Numbered from the stretch's first letter, positions 23,488 through 32,772 are shown. The stretch: 34,029 nt of DNA from Candidatus Nanohalarchaeota archaeon (GCA_030632385.1 DAOVUW010000001.1:1-34029); one strand, 5' to 3'. Notes: generated by a model from the sequence alone, not told the origin. Program-made: numbers and translations.

Positions 23488-25251
23488 ATGGTACATTACC
23501 GCCAACCAATTGTGTCTGTTCTCGCACATGTAGACCACGGGAAAACAACATTGCTGGATTATATCAGAAAAAGCAGCATTGCGAAAAAAGAAGCAGGCGG
23601 CATTACACAACATATCGGAGCATCAGAAATTACAAAAGAAGCATTGCTCAATATGTGCTCAAAATATATAAAAGAAGTGGATTTTGACGGGCTGTTGTTT
23701 CTCGACACACCAGGACATGAAGCATTTTCATACTTGAGAGAAAAGGGAGGAAATCTGGCAGATTTATGCATCCTGCTTGTTGATATAACAGAAGGAATAA
23801 AACCTCAAACAAAAGAATGCATAGAGATTTTAAAAAACAATAAAACGCCTTTTTGCATAGCAGCAAACAAGATTGACAAGATTACGGGATGGAAATGTTT
23901 TCCGGATGCAGATTTTAATGAATCTTTCAGCAAACAGGATGAGAGCGTAAAAAAAGACTTTGAATTAAAAATGTATAAACTAATTGGTGATTTCTATGAA
24001 ACCGGTTTCAGTGCGGATTTATATTCAAGAGTTGATTCATTTGAAAAAACAATCGCGCTTATTCCTATATGTGCAAGAAGCGGAGAGGGAGTGATTGATT
24101 TAATAAGCATTCTTGTCGGTCTTGCATCAAAATATCTGAAAGAAAATCTAAAAACAACAGACTCTACAGGTGTTGGAGAAGGAGTAATACTTGAAGCAAA
24201 AGATATTACAGGAATTGGAAAAACAATTGATGTCATATTATACGAAGGCTGCATTTCTCAAAAAGATATAATTATCGCAGGCACAAAAAGCGGCGAACCT
24301 GTTGTCTCAAAAGTAAAGGCAATCCTCCGGGAAAAAATTGGTCCGAAAAAAGAGATGAATTTCTGCAAAACAGTATCTGCTGCAATAGGCGTCAAGATAT
24401 CAGCACTGGGAATTGATGAAGATAGTGTAGGCTTCCCGGTAGTTTTCTTAAAAGACGACAAAAAAACAAAGGAAGAAATCCAAAAAATGAAAGAATTATT
24501 CAAGGAAGAATTAGACATAGATACAGATGAAACAGGAGTCATAATAAAATCAGATACAATAGGAAGCATTCATGCACTGTGCGGAATCTTAAAAAACAAA
24601 AATATAAAAATAAAGTCTGCGGAAATTGGAGGTGTGAAAAAAGAAGATGTGGCATTGGCAGAAGTAGCAAAGGACAAATACAAAGTGATTTTGGCATACA
24701 ATGCGACTATCCCTGAAGATATTTTAACCATGGCAAAGCAAAGAGGCATCACTATAATCCAGGAAAAAGTAATTTATCATCTATTGGAAAGATATGAAGA
24801 TTTTGTTGAAGAAACAAAAAAATCAAACAACACTTCATTCTTAAAACAAATATCTCTTCCCAGCAAAATAAAACTTTTGCCCGATTGCATATTCAGGAAA
24901 AACAACCCATTTATAGGCGGGTTTGAAGTCTTAAGCGGAACTGTCAAAAAAGACATCCAATTAATGGATGAAACAGGAAATGTATCTGGCAAAGTCGACC
25001 AAATCCAGTTAAACGGGAAAAACATGCAAAAAGGAGAACAAGGAGAAAAAGTTGCAATTTCTTCCAATTATTTCAACTACGGCAAAAACATCAAAGAAAA
25101 AGACATATTCTATTCTTTCTTAAATAATGAAACAATAACTATGTTAAAAGAAAAATTGATTGAAGAGCCGGATTTTCTGTCTACTGATGAAAAAAAGACA
25201 TTATCAGAAATAGAAAAAATAAAGAGAAAAAAGTTACTGGAAAAAAATTAA
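23488..25251 (+). CDS. infB: Translation initiation factor aIF5B (IF-2 homolog)
   Basis: RQPIVSVLAHVDHGKTTLLD, DTPGHEAF and ANKIDK, with the aIF5B domain order and a length of 587 aa. Confidence 0.92.
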   Translation: MVHYRQPIVSVLAHVDHGKTTLLDYIRKSSIAKKEAGGITQHIGASEITKEALLNMCSKYIKEVDFDGLLFLDTPGHEAFSYLREKGGNLADLCILLVDITEGIKPQTKECIEILKNNKTPFCIAANKIDKITGWKCFPDADFNESFSKQDESVKKDFELKMYKLIGDFYETGFSADLYSRVDSFEKTIALIPICARSGEGVIDLISILVGLASKYLKENLKTTDSTGVGEGVILEAKDITGIGKTIDVILYEGCISQKDIIIAGTKSGEPVVSKVKAILREKIGPKKEMNFCKTVSAAIGVKISALGIDEDSVGFPVVFLKDDKKTKEEIQKMKELFKEELDIDTDETGVIIKSDTIGSIHALCGILKNKNIKIKSAEIGGVKKEDVALAEVAKDKYKVILAYNATIPEDILTMAKQRGITIIQEKVIYHLLERYEDFVEETKKSNNTSFLKQISLPSKIKLLPDCIFRKNNPFIGGFEVLSGTVKKDIQLMDETGNVSGKVDQIQLNGKNMQKGEQGEKVAISSNYFNYGKNIKEKDIFYSFLNNETITMLKEKLIEEPDFLSTDEKKTLSEIEKIKRKKLLEKN

Positions 25252-25317
25252 ATCAAAAATTAACTATATGTTTAAATAATTTTCTCTTATTATTTATATA
25301 CTAAGAGGGGTCTTAAT

Positions 25318-25584
25318 ATGTTGAAAATATCATGTATGAGAATGAGCGAATTGGCAAACAAGGTAATTATAAGTGATGAAAGCGGACGAAATTTTGGAAA
25401 AGTGTCTGATGTTAGTTTTATCTGTGACACAGGAGAGTTGATGAATGTTATTGTCAAAGATCCTACACAAATGTCGCACGAAATGCAATTGCAGCAGGAC
25501 GAACAAGGAAGATTGTTGATTCCTTTTTCAGCGATAAAATCTGTCGGCGATTTTGTAATTGTTTCTGAGAAGGAAATCTTTTGA
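25318..25584 (+). CDS. PRC-barrel domain protein
   Basis: …V.SDESGRNFGKVSDV.F…GEL..V.V … LLIPFSAIKSVGDFVIV. A GAGGGG Shine-Dalgarno-like element lies 8 nt upstream. Confidence 0.55.
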   Translation: MLKISCMRMSELANKVIISDESGRNFGKVSDVSFICDTGELMNVIVKDPTQMSHEMQLQQDEQGRLLIPFSAIKSVGDFVIVSEKEIF

Positions 25585-25679
25585 TTGAAATAACACACCA
25601 TCTGGATATCGTATCAACTCTTTTGCTTCGTAAAAAAACTTTGCGAAATATGTAGCGTTGCAAATAAATTTCTTCTAAT

Positions 25680-25976
25680 ATGAATATAAACGATTGGATT
25701 GAATACATGAGAACATTACTTGGATTATCCACTGATATAAAAAAGAAAAAAGTTTGTAAAAAGTGTGGAGAAACAATCAAACATAGCATTCATTGTTGTT
25801 CAACAAAATGTAAGAAAAAATTGTCATCTATGCGTACTAGAAAACAAACAAAAATGTTAAACCGTTTCTTGAAAAATCCATCAATTTGTCCGGTTTGTAA
25901 TAAAAGAAAAACACGCCTCGGCGGATTTGGTAAAGAATATAAATGTAGAAAATGTGGTCACCATAGTTATTATTGA
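25680..25976 (+). CDS. Small basic zinc-ribbon protein (hypothetical)
   Basis: CKKCG…HCCSTKC and CPVC…CRKCGH cysteine pairs in a Lys/Arg-rich protein. Confidence 0.5.
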   Translation: MNINDWIEYMRTLLGLSTDIKKKKVCKKCGETIKHSIHCCSTKCKKKLSSMRTRKQTKMLNRFLKNPSICPVCNKRKTRLGGFGKEYKCRKCGHHSYY

Positions 25977-26076
25977 ATTACTTACTCTTCTTCACCACTT
26001 TGTTCATTCATCATTCTTTTTATCAAAATAATCAACAAAACACACCAAACCAATAAATCACACTTTAAACTAACAA

Positions 26077-27219
26077 TCATTCAACGCATCTTTTAACAGC
26101 ATCTGCAATTGCGTCTACTACACCTTCCTCAAAAGGTTCGGGTATTATTTTTTCTTTGGTCGGTACTTTTACCAGCCCTGCAAGAGCTTTAGCAGCTTCA
26201 AGTTTCATCTCTTCGGTGACATATTTAGCACGGGAGTCCAACAAACCTCTAAAGATTCCGGGAAATGCCAATACATTATTAATCTGATTTGGAAAATCAC
26301 TTCTGCCTGTAGCAACTACAGCTGCACCTGCAAGATATGCCGTTTCCGGAGCGATTTCAGATATAGGATTTGCCATTGCAAATATTATTTGGTCTTTGCT
26401 CATGGATTTGACCATCTCTTTTGTGACAAGGTTTGCTTTAGATACACCTATAAAAACATCAGCATCAATCAATGCATCTGATAGATTACCCAGTCCATGA
26501 ATACTGCTTTTTTCAATAACTTCCAATTTATATTTATTTACGCCTTCTCTTTCTTTAAAGATAATACCTTTAGAATCTAATAAAAGTAATTTCCTGACAC
26601 CATAATTCATTAATAGTTTAGATATGGCTATCCCGGCAGAACCTGCACCATTAATAACAACCTTGATATTGTCTATGTCTTTATTGACTATTTTTAATGC
26701 ATTGATTAAACCTGCTAAAACTACTATTGCCGTACCGTGTTGATCATCATGAAAAACAGGGATGCTTAATTCTTCTTTTAATCTTTTCTCAATTTCAAAA
26801 CATCGTGGTGCGGAAATATCTTCTAGATTAATGCCGCCAAATGCAGGCGCAATGTATTTGACAGTCTTTATTATTTCTTCAGTATCTTTAGTATCAAGAC
26901 ATATAGGTATTGCATCAACTCCTCCGAATTCTTTAAACAAGACGGCTTTTCCTTCCATGACCGGAAGCGCAGCAATCGGACCAATATCTCCAAGACCCAA
27001 TACAGCAGTGCCATCGCTAACAACAGCGACAGTGTTCCATTTAGATGTCAATTCATAAGCAAGAGTGCTATCTTTAGCAATTGCCTCTGATACTTTAGCA
27101 ACACCAGGGGTATATGCAAGTGATAAATCTTTTTTAGTCTTAACAGAAACTTTAGATCTAATCTCTAATTTTCCTTTGTATTTCCTGTGAAATTCAATTG
27201 AATCATCCATTAACATCAA
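26077..27219 (-). CDS. NAD(P)-dependent malic enzyme (short form)
   Basis: YTPGVA, AVVSDGTAVLGLGDIG, PVMEGKA.LFK.FGGVD, FGGINLEDI, HDDQHGTA, NGAGSAGIA and ANP. Confidence 0.9.
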   Translation of the reverse strand: MMLMDDSIEFHRKYKGKLEIRSKVSVKTKKDLSLAYTPGVAKVSEAIAKDSTLAYELTSKWNTVAVVSDGTAVLGLGDIGPIAALPVMEGKAVLFKEFGGVDAIPICLDTKDTEEIIKTVKYIAPAFGGINLEDISAPRCFEIEKRLKEELSIPVFHDDQHGTAIVVLAGLINALKIVNKDIDNIKVVINGAGSAGIAISKLLMNYGVRKLLLLDSKGIIFKEREGVNKYKLEVIEKSSIHGLGNLSDALIDADVFIGVSKANLVTKEMVKSMSKDQIIFAMANPISEIAPETAYLAGAAVVATGRSDFPNQINNVLAFPGIFRGLLDSRAKYVTEEMKLEAAKALAGLVKVPTKEKIIPEPFEEGVVDAIADAVKRCVE

Positions 27220-27675
27220 CTTATATTTTAATTTAGATTTTATTTTTATTATTTATTTTTTAATAAATATTTTTAAGAAAGTGCGCATGTAGAGAATAGT
27301 TCTCCAATAGATAACAGCATTCCTCAACTCGCTACGATCCTACTATATATGCCTACTCTCGCTACTTGTGACGTCTAAGAGTGCACGTGTTCTACAATTA
27401 GATATTCATGATGGATGAGAGAGATAGGAGAATATATGAAAGACCAACACCACACAACAATACAACACACCATATGCTACACATACAGATATAGTATAAA
27501 TATTTAATTAAACGCACATTCTAACACAAAAAATAAGACTGCTATTTTTAGACGCCATGTTAATTTGATTAAGAATAATTATATAATGTTTTAAACAATA
27601 GAATAGTATGTTTTATAACAAAAACAATTTGTATAAAATGACTTATACGAAATTTTACTATAAATCAATTTAATT

Positions 27676-28023
27676 ATGAATATTATACCGTTTGTGATAC
27701 CGACCAAAGAAAAGATAATTCTATTTGCAATTTTCGTGTTTCTGTTTTTGCCGATAGTTTTTTCCAATGGTTGCGGAATTAGAAATTCATTATGTACACT
27801 TGAAAATACGCATATTAACTACTTTCCTCCAGTAATATTAACAATTGGTTTTATATATGAATACATCATAAATCCCATCGATATTTCATCTATGAATGAA
27901 TTAATAGAAGGGGCAATACTGCCCATTAACTACTATTTGTTGCCTGCCTTTCTGACAATAATATACTATCTTATTTCCTGTACTGTTGTGTATTTTTACA
28001 ATAAGAAGAAATTGAATAATTAA
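27676..28023 (+). CDS. Small membrane protein (hypothetical)
   Basis: 115-aa ORF with about 3 hydrophobic segments. No recognisable motif and not a class III (pilin) signal peptide. Confidence 0.4.
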   Translation: MNIIPFVIPTKEKIILFAIFVFLFLPIVFSNGCGIRNSLCTLENTHINYFPPVILTIGFIYEYIINPIDISSMNELIEGAILPINYYLLPAFLTIIYYLISCTVVYFYNKKKLNN

Positions 28024-28094
28024 ATTAATTTAGAGTAAAACTCAAACCCATGTGCTGTCAAATAAACACAATAATGGAATAATTCAACTTCAAC

Positions 28095-29438
28095 CTAAAA
28101 CATATTATCTTCAAAAAAAGTTCCCATTTTGTCAAGAAAACTTTTATCTTCCTGTTTTCTTTTTCTTTTCTTTTCATGCAAGTTGTGATGGCTATTATGA
28201 TGAATATTGCTTTGAACAGGTTCATCTGTTGTCTGACCAACAGTCGAACTTGAAAGATTGTGACTTGTTGTATGTTTACTTTGTTTGTCAAATACTTCCA
28301 AAAGTTCTTTATTTTTGAAATTTTCACTTCGCTCAGCCAAAAGAGAAAGAATCCTTTTTCTTTTCGAGAATATTCTTTCAAATTCAAATATGGTGATTCC
28401 CAGTTCTCCCACTATTTTTGCCCTCGTACGGCTTGGGACATTTGTTTTTTCAAGACAGTTGGAAGTTGTGTTAAAAGAGAAAATCGTATTGAGTAATGGA
28501 TTTTCTCCTTCGCTTCCGCTTATTTCACTTACCTCACTTATGTATCTTTTTGTTCTGCCATTTGAAAGCCTTCTTTTTTGCATCACAATCAAATCCAGAT
28601 TTCTGAGTAAAATTAGCGGAACATCCATTGGTCGGTTTGTTATTCTTGTAATTGTCTCTCTTGAAGAATTTGAATGAAGCGTCCCCATGCATCCACTGTA
28701 ACCGACATTCATTGCAGTAAATAAATCCTGCGCTTCTTTATCCCGAACTTCTCCAATAATCATCCTGTCCGGTCTCATCCTTAGAGTTGCCTTAACAAGA
28801 CGCTGCATTGAAATCTTTTCTGTTGATTCAAGAGAAACAAGATGCGGATGAATTACCCGCAATTCCAGACAATCCTCTATTGTTATTATTCTAGAATATT
28901 TTGGAACAAAAATAGAAAATGCATTTAAAAGCGTTGTTTTCCCACTGCTTGTACCTCCGCAGAAAATAATATTTGAAGGAGACATATTTAATCCTTCAAT
29001 GCACATCCACATAAATGTAGCAAAGTCAACAGAGAGAGATTGATTTTTTATTAAATCTATAACTGTAATTGGTTCTTGTTTGAATTTTCTTATTGTAATG
29101 ACCGGTCCTTCTGCTACAATCCCGCCTCTCATAATATTGATACGAGAACCATCTGACAAACTGGTATTTATAATATTGGCAGATTTATCCAAAATATAAG
29201 AAGAATCAAGTATTTTTTCAATCATCTTGTTTGCATCTGCCTGATTCATTTTAAAATCAGTATCGCACATGCCCTGTTTCCTGTGTATCACTTTAACTGT
29301 ACTTTTTTGACCAATATACATTATTTCTTCAAGTTCGTCATCATATATCAAGCTTATGAAAGAATCTATAGGCGACTGCATCTGTTTTACAGAATAAACA
29401 GAATTGATTTCTTTATCAGGAAGAGGAATATTTGTCAT
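28095..29438 (-). CDS. Type II/IV secretion-family ATPase (archaeal pilus/archaellum FlaI/TadA-like) with a ~90-aa His- and Lys-rich C-terminal tail
   Basis: Walker A GGTSSGKTTLLNA, Asp box ITIEDCLEL, Walker B RPDRMIIGEVRDKEA, and His box GCMGTLHSNS. The tail includes NIHHNSHHNLHEKKRKRKQ. Confidence 0.85.
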   Translation of the reverse strand: MTNIPLPDKEINSVYSVKQMQSPIDSFISLIYDDELEEIMYIGQKSTVKVIHRKQGMCDTDFKMNQADANKMIEKILDSSYILDKSANIINTSLSDGSRINIMRGGIVAEGPVITIRKFKQEPITVIDLIKNQSLSVDFATFMWMCIEGLNMSPSNIIFCGGTSSGKTTLLNAFSIFVPKYSRIITIEDCLELRVIHPHLVSLESTEKISMQRLVKATLRMRPDRMIIGEVRDKEAQDLFTAMNVGYSGCMGTLHSNSSRETITRITNRPMDVPLILLRNLDLIVMQKRRLSNGRTKRYISEVSEISGSEGENPLLNTIFSFNTTSNCLEKTNVPSRTRAKIVGELGITIFEFERIFSKRKRILSLLAERSENFKNKELLEVFDKQSKHTTSHNLSSSTVGQTTDEPVQSNIHHNSHHNLHEKKRKRKQEDKSFLDKMGTFFEDNMF

Positions 29439-29478
29439 AATACTATTACTTATATATTTTTTTATATTTAATATTTAT

Positions 29479-30630
29479 ATGTCCATGCAAATAATTGATT
29501 TTATGAATAATTTAAACATTGATGTTTTGTTTTTCCTTAATCAATTTAATTCTGTTATTATGTGTTTTATTTCAGATCTTTTTTATCTTTTCATATTTGC
29601 TGTTCTTTTTCTTTCATATAAAAAAAGCATAAAACATCTTGCATTAAACTCATTCTGGCTTTTCGTGCTTTATATATTCGTGGGAAATCTGAAAATACTG
29701 ATAAATATCCCGCGTCCATGCTTTTCTTTCACAGAGTTAAACATAATTTCGCAATTTTTTTATGCTTCAATGTCTTTTCCAAGCAGGCATGCAACAATTG
29801 CTTTTTTTCTTCTTGCCCTACTCCCAAATCTTCTCGAAAAAAGAAAAAATGCCAATCTACTTTATTTGGCTGGTATCTTAACTGCTTTTTTAATCTCAAT
29901 ATCACGCATTGGTCTGGGGGCGCATTACCCGAGCGATATACTCGCAGGAATAGTGCTGGGTTTTGTTTTCGGAAAAGCCACGTTGCTCTACAAGCCAGAA
30001 CATTTTTCATTTAATTTTATGGAACTGAAAAGGCAAACCATTCATTTGATTTTAGGTCTGATTATGACATTTGTTTTGCTGACTTGCACAAAATCACAGA
30101 GCATTGTATTTGTATTTTTGATTATCTTAATTTTGATTATAGCAGAATATATTTACACCAATAAAAAATTCCAAATGCACCATATAATTGGTGAAATGAA
30201 AAGAGAACAGGAACATGCTTTTGAAGGAGCAGTGTATTTGCCATTGGGAGTACTCATAACCATTATTATATTTCCACAAATAATTGCGGTAATTGCCATT
30301 CTGCTTTTGGCAGTTGGTGATTCGTTTGCCACAATATTTGGAATGCATTTTAAAACAAAAAAATTGAAATTCTCCCCGAATAAATCTGTTGGAGGAAGCC
30401 TTGCTGGATTTTTATTTAATTTTATTGCTTTACTGCTTCTTTTCAATTACAATGAAATTTGCGGAATCAAAACAATGCTATTTTTGTTTTTCTGTGCCAT
30501 AGCCGGAACAATAGCCGAACTAATTGAAGTAAAAATAAACAAAAAAACAATAAATGACAATCTTTCTATGCCTTCAATTTGCGCAATATTTGTTTTAATA
30601 ATTTATTTATTATTTGGATTCTCTATATAA
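29479..30630 (+). CDS. Fusion: PAP2-family (polyprenyl-diphosphate/lipid) phosphatase + dolichol/polyprenol kinase-like (CTP-dependent, CDS/DolK family) domain
   Basis: PAP2 motifs KILINIPRP, FPSRHA and SRIGLGAHYPSD. The C-terminal half carries AVGDSFATIFG … KSVGGSLAGF. ATG 29479 is preferred over TTG 29404, which overlaps the ATPase start. Confidence 0.75.
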   Translation: MSMQIIDFMNNLNIDVLFFLNQFNSVIMCFISDLFYLFIFAVLFLSYKKSIKHLALNSFWLFVLYIFVGNLKILINIPRPCFSFTELNIISQFFYASMSFPSRHATIAFFLLALLPNLLEKRKNANLLYLAGILTAFLISISRIGLGAHYPSDILAGIVLGFVFGKATLLYKPEHFSFNFMELKRQTIHLILGLIMTFVLLTCTKSQSIVFVFLIILILIIAEYIYTNKKFQMHHIIGEMKREQEHAFEGAVYLPLGVLITIIIFPQIIAVIAILLLAVGDSFATIFGMHFKTKKLKFSPNKSVGGSLAGFLFNFIALLLLFNYNEICGIKTMLFLFFCAIAGTIAELIEVKINKKTINDNLSMPSICAIFVLIIYLLFGFSI

Positions 30631-31190
30631 ACATAAGTGATAAGCCCTGTTAAAATAAAAGCATTTACGCAATAAAATAAAAACATCTCTATATTTGTGA
30701 CCAATGGAATTATTATTCCAAAATATAGAAAAAGTTCATTTTCCGACATCATTTTGAAAGCTATTATTACTATATTCAAAATAAGAGCAGGAACAAATGC
30801 AAAAAGAATATACACATCCATAAGTGTTGTTGCGAAATTTTCATATTGCGAATGCATATTCTGCTGTTCTCTTACTTCTATTTTTCCAAGCCGGATAATA
30901 TTTTCCAATATGTCTGTCTTATTCTTATAGGAAAAAGCAAGATATTCCAGAAGCTGTTTGTAATACGGGATATCTGTATTCTGTCTTATGCTCAATAGCG
31001 CTTCATCCAAACTCATATAATTATCTTTTGTTTTCCCGACAACTTTTCTAAAATCCGATGATATTTCTCCATAGCTATTCTTTGAAATGATTTCAATCGT
31101 CTCTTCTATGCTTTTTCCAGAAGACATAAGGATTTCAAAAGAATTTAAAACAAAAAGAAGATTTTTTTTTCTTGATTTTTCCTTAATCAT
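30603..31190 (-). CDS. Single-domain T2SSF-type pilus platform protein (TadC/FlaJ-like)
   Basis: 195 aa. A soluble helical region with the T2SSF pattern (…LMSSGKSIEETIEIIS…G.SLDEALLSI…) is followed by TM helices. Its 3' end overlaps the convergent gene by 28 nt. Confidence 0.6.
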   Translation of the reverse strand: MIKEKSRKKNLLFVLNSFEILMSSGKSIEETIEIISKNSYGEISSDFRKVVGKTKDNYMSLDEALLSIRQNTDIPYYKQLLEYLAFSYKNKTDILENIIRLGKIEVREQQNMHSQYENFATTLMDVYILFAFVPALILNIVIIAFKMMSENELFLYFGIIIPLVTNIEMFLFYCVNAFILTGLITYVYIENPNNK

Positions 31191-31239
31191 ATTATATCCA
31201 TTTAAGAAAAAAATAAAAACATGAACGATTAATATTAAA

Positions 31240-32769
31240 ATGAATAAATATATTATTTCTTCAATTCTTGATTCTAATGCCCTGAATCAAAAAGATAAAA
31301 GTTCTTTTATCGCCATATCTGATGCTCTAAAGCATGGTTCTGAATTTATCGTACTTGAAAAAGAAGAATTATCAGGGAATCTTGAACCATTTTTAGAAAA
31401 AGCAATAGATCATCTTTTGACTGTTGAAAAAGCAAAAATGGGTTGCCGAACCACAGACAGTTTGGATCTTTCTTCTTCTAATCTTAGCGAATGGAAAAAC
31501 AGTCATAAAAAACTCATTTCTATGCTATTTTACAATAAAAAAATATTTAATGCTCAATTTATTTCATTTTATCCTTCAACAAAAGTGATTCCTCCATTAT
31601 GCTATGATTTTGAATATCTGAACCAAAAAAAAGTATCTCCGCAAGTTTGCCCAAAAGGAAATAATCTGGGTCTTTTCATCCAAGACGCAAATCTTATCGA
31701 TTGGTTTTGCGCAAAACATATCCGACTTATTTTTGAAAATCTCAACATCCATAATTCCAGCGCAACCCAGATAATACTTTTTTTTGAAAAAGAATCACGA
31801 AAAGCAATAGAACTAAACAAAACTCCTTCTTTAAAGCAATTTGAGGAAAATATCGGGGAAAACGAAACTCTCAAAAAAGCCATGAGCCAATACAATATTA
31901 TTTCTATTTTCCAACATTGGGTTGCAAACGGAGCAAGAGCAGAAGAAAAAGATGCGTATGCTATTATTGCGCAATACTTATATTCCACAAAAAATAAATT
32001 ATGGAATGATTTTCGCCTGAATAATATCAATCCTGAAATGATTATTGAAAAAATAAACCGGGGAGAAAAAATCTATGAAAATTCTATTTTTGAAGATAAA
32101 AGTTTTGTGTATATTCTAAAGAAAATCATCTCTGCCGTTGCCTGCAACTATATAGATGGGCATTTTAAAAATACAGATGCATCAATATCCTTTGAAACTT
32201 TTGATAGAAATCTCGGGAAAATAACTGCCTATGATTATATTGTTAAAAGCAATATTCCTGTTTTATTTGCAACTGCAAAACCGCAGGATAAATGGAGTAG
32301 TGAAAATCTCCGCCTAAATAATATAGAAGATTATACTCTGCTCTCTAAAAATTTGGATGAAGGACAATACAGTGGGATTTGCCTAAATCTTTATAATTTG
32401 ATATTAAATCTCGTAGATATTGAAAAAGACATAAATCAGATGTATGGATATTCCGGAAAATACATAAAAGAAGTTGTAATTGATTTAATAAACAATCCTG
32501 GCATAAGTCAAACAAGTTACAGAATGTATTCTGTTTATTCTATATTGTATCGCCTAAAGCAAAAAGGAATGGACTTTGCTTATCTGTCTTATTCTATAAG
32601 CAATACTTTAGAAACCGCACATAATCTTAGAATCATAAGAGATTATTTGTTGAGAAATACAACACCTAAAGAACTGCCTGCATCCTTTTATGGTATCGAT
32701 GAAAACCTGAATGCGCAACATCAAAGAACAATAAGAGAAAATACTTATCGACTGCTGGATAAGATGTAG
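31240..32769 (+). CDS. Large soluble hypothetical protein (509 aa), no recognisable motif
   Basis: Long uninterrupted ORF in an AT-rich, stop-rich background. It is divergent from the platform gene with a 49-bp spacer. Confidence 0.6.
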   Translation: MNKYIISSILDSNALNQKDKSSFIAISDALKHGSEFIVLEKEELSGNLEPFLEKAIDHLLTVEKAKMGCRTTDSLDLSSSNLSEWKNSHKKLISMLFYNKKIFNAQFISFYPSTKVIPPLCYDFEYLNQKKVSPQVCPKGNNLGLFIQDANLIDWFCAKHIRLIFENLNIHNSSATQIILFFEKESRKAIELNKTPSLKQFEENIGENETLKKAMSQYNIISIFQHWVANGARAEEKDAYAIIAQYLYSTKNKLWNDFRLNNINPEMIIEKINRGEKIYENSIFEDKSFVYILKKIISAVACNYIDGHFKNTDASISFETFDRNLGKITAYDYIVKSNIPVLFATAKPQDKWSSENLRLNNIEDYTLLSKNLDEGQYSGICLNLYNLILNLVDIEKDINQMYGYSGKYIKEVVIDLINNPGISQTSYRMYSVYSILYRLKQKGMDFAYLSYSISNTLETAHNLRIIRDYLLRNTTPKELPASFYGIDENLNAQHQRTIRENTYRLLDKM

Positions 32770-32772
32770 AAT

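Noticed and set aside
23334-23687. 117-aa plus-strand ORF spanning the Bud32 / aIF5B divergent region, and minus-strand ORFs inside infB (23422-25067)
   Set aside because: They overlap strongly supported genes in other frames, and their translations lack motifs and are low-complexity.
25974-26094. About 39 stop-free codons in frame after the TGA of the Zn-ribbon gene (possible readthrough or TGA recoding)
   Set aside because: The open frame is explained by the almost G-free composition, since TGA and TAG cannot occur there. TGA also terminates the AOR-HPS gene at the same position where its repeat copy has TAG, so TGA behaves as a stop.
27405-27425. catgatggatgagaga as box C of a C/D-box sRNA
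   Set aside because: There is no exact RUGAUGA and no CUGA box D or D' at the required spacing on either side.
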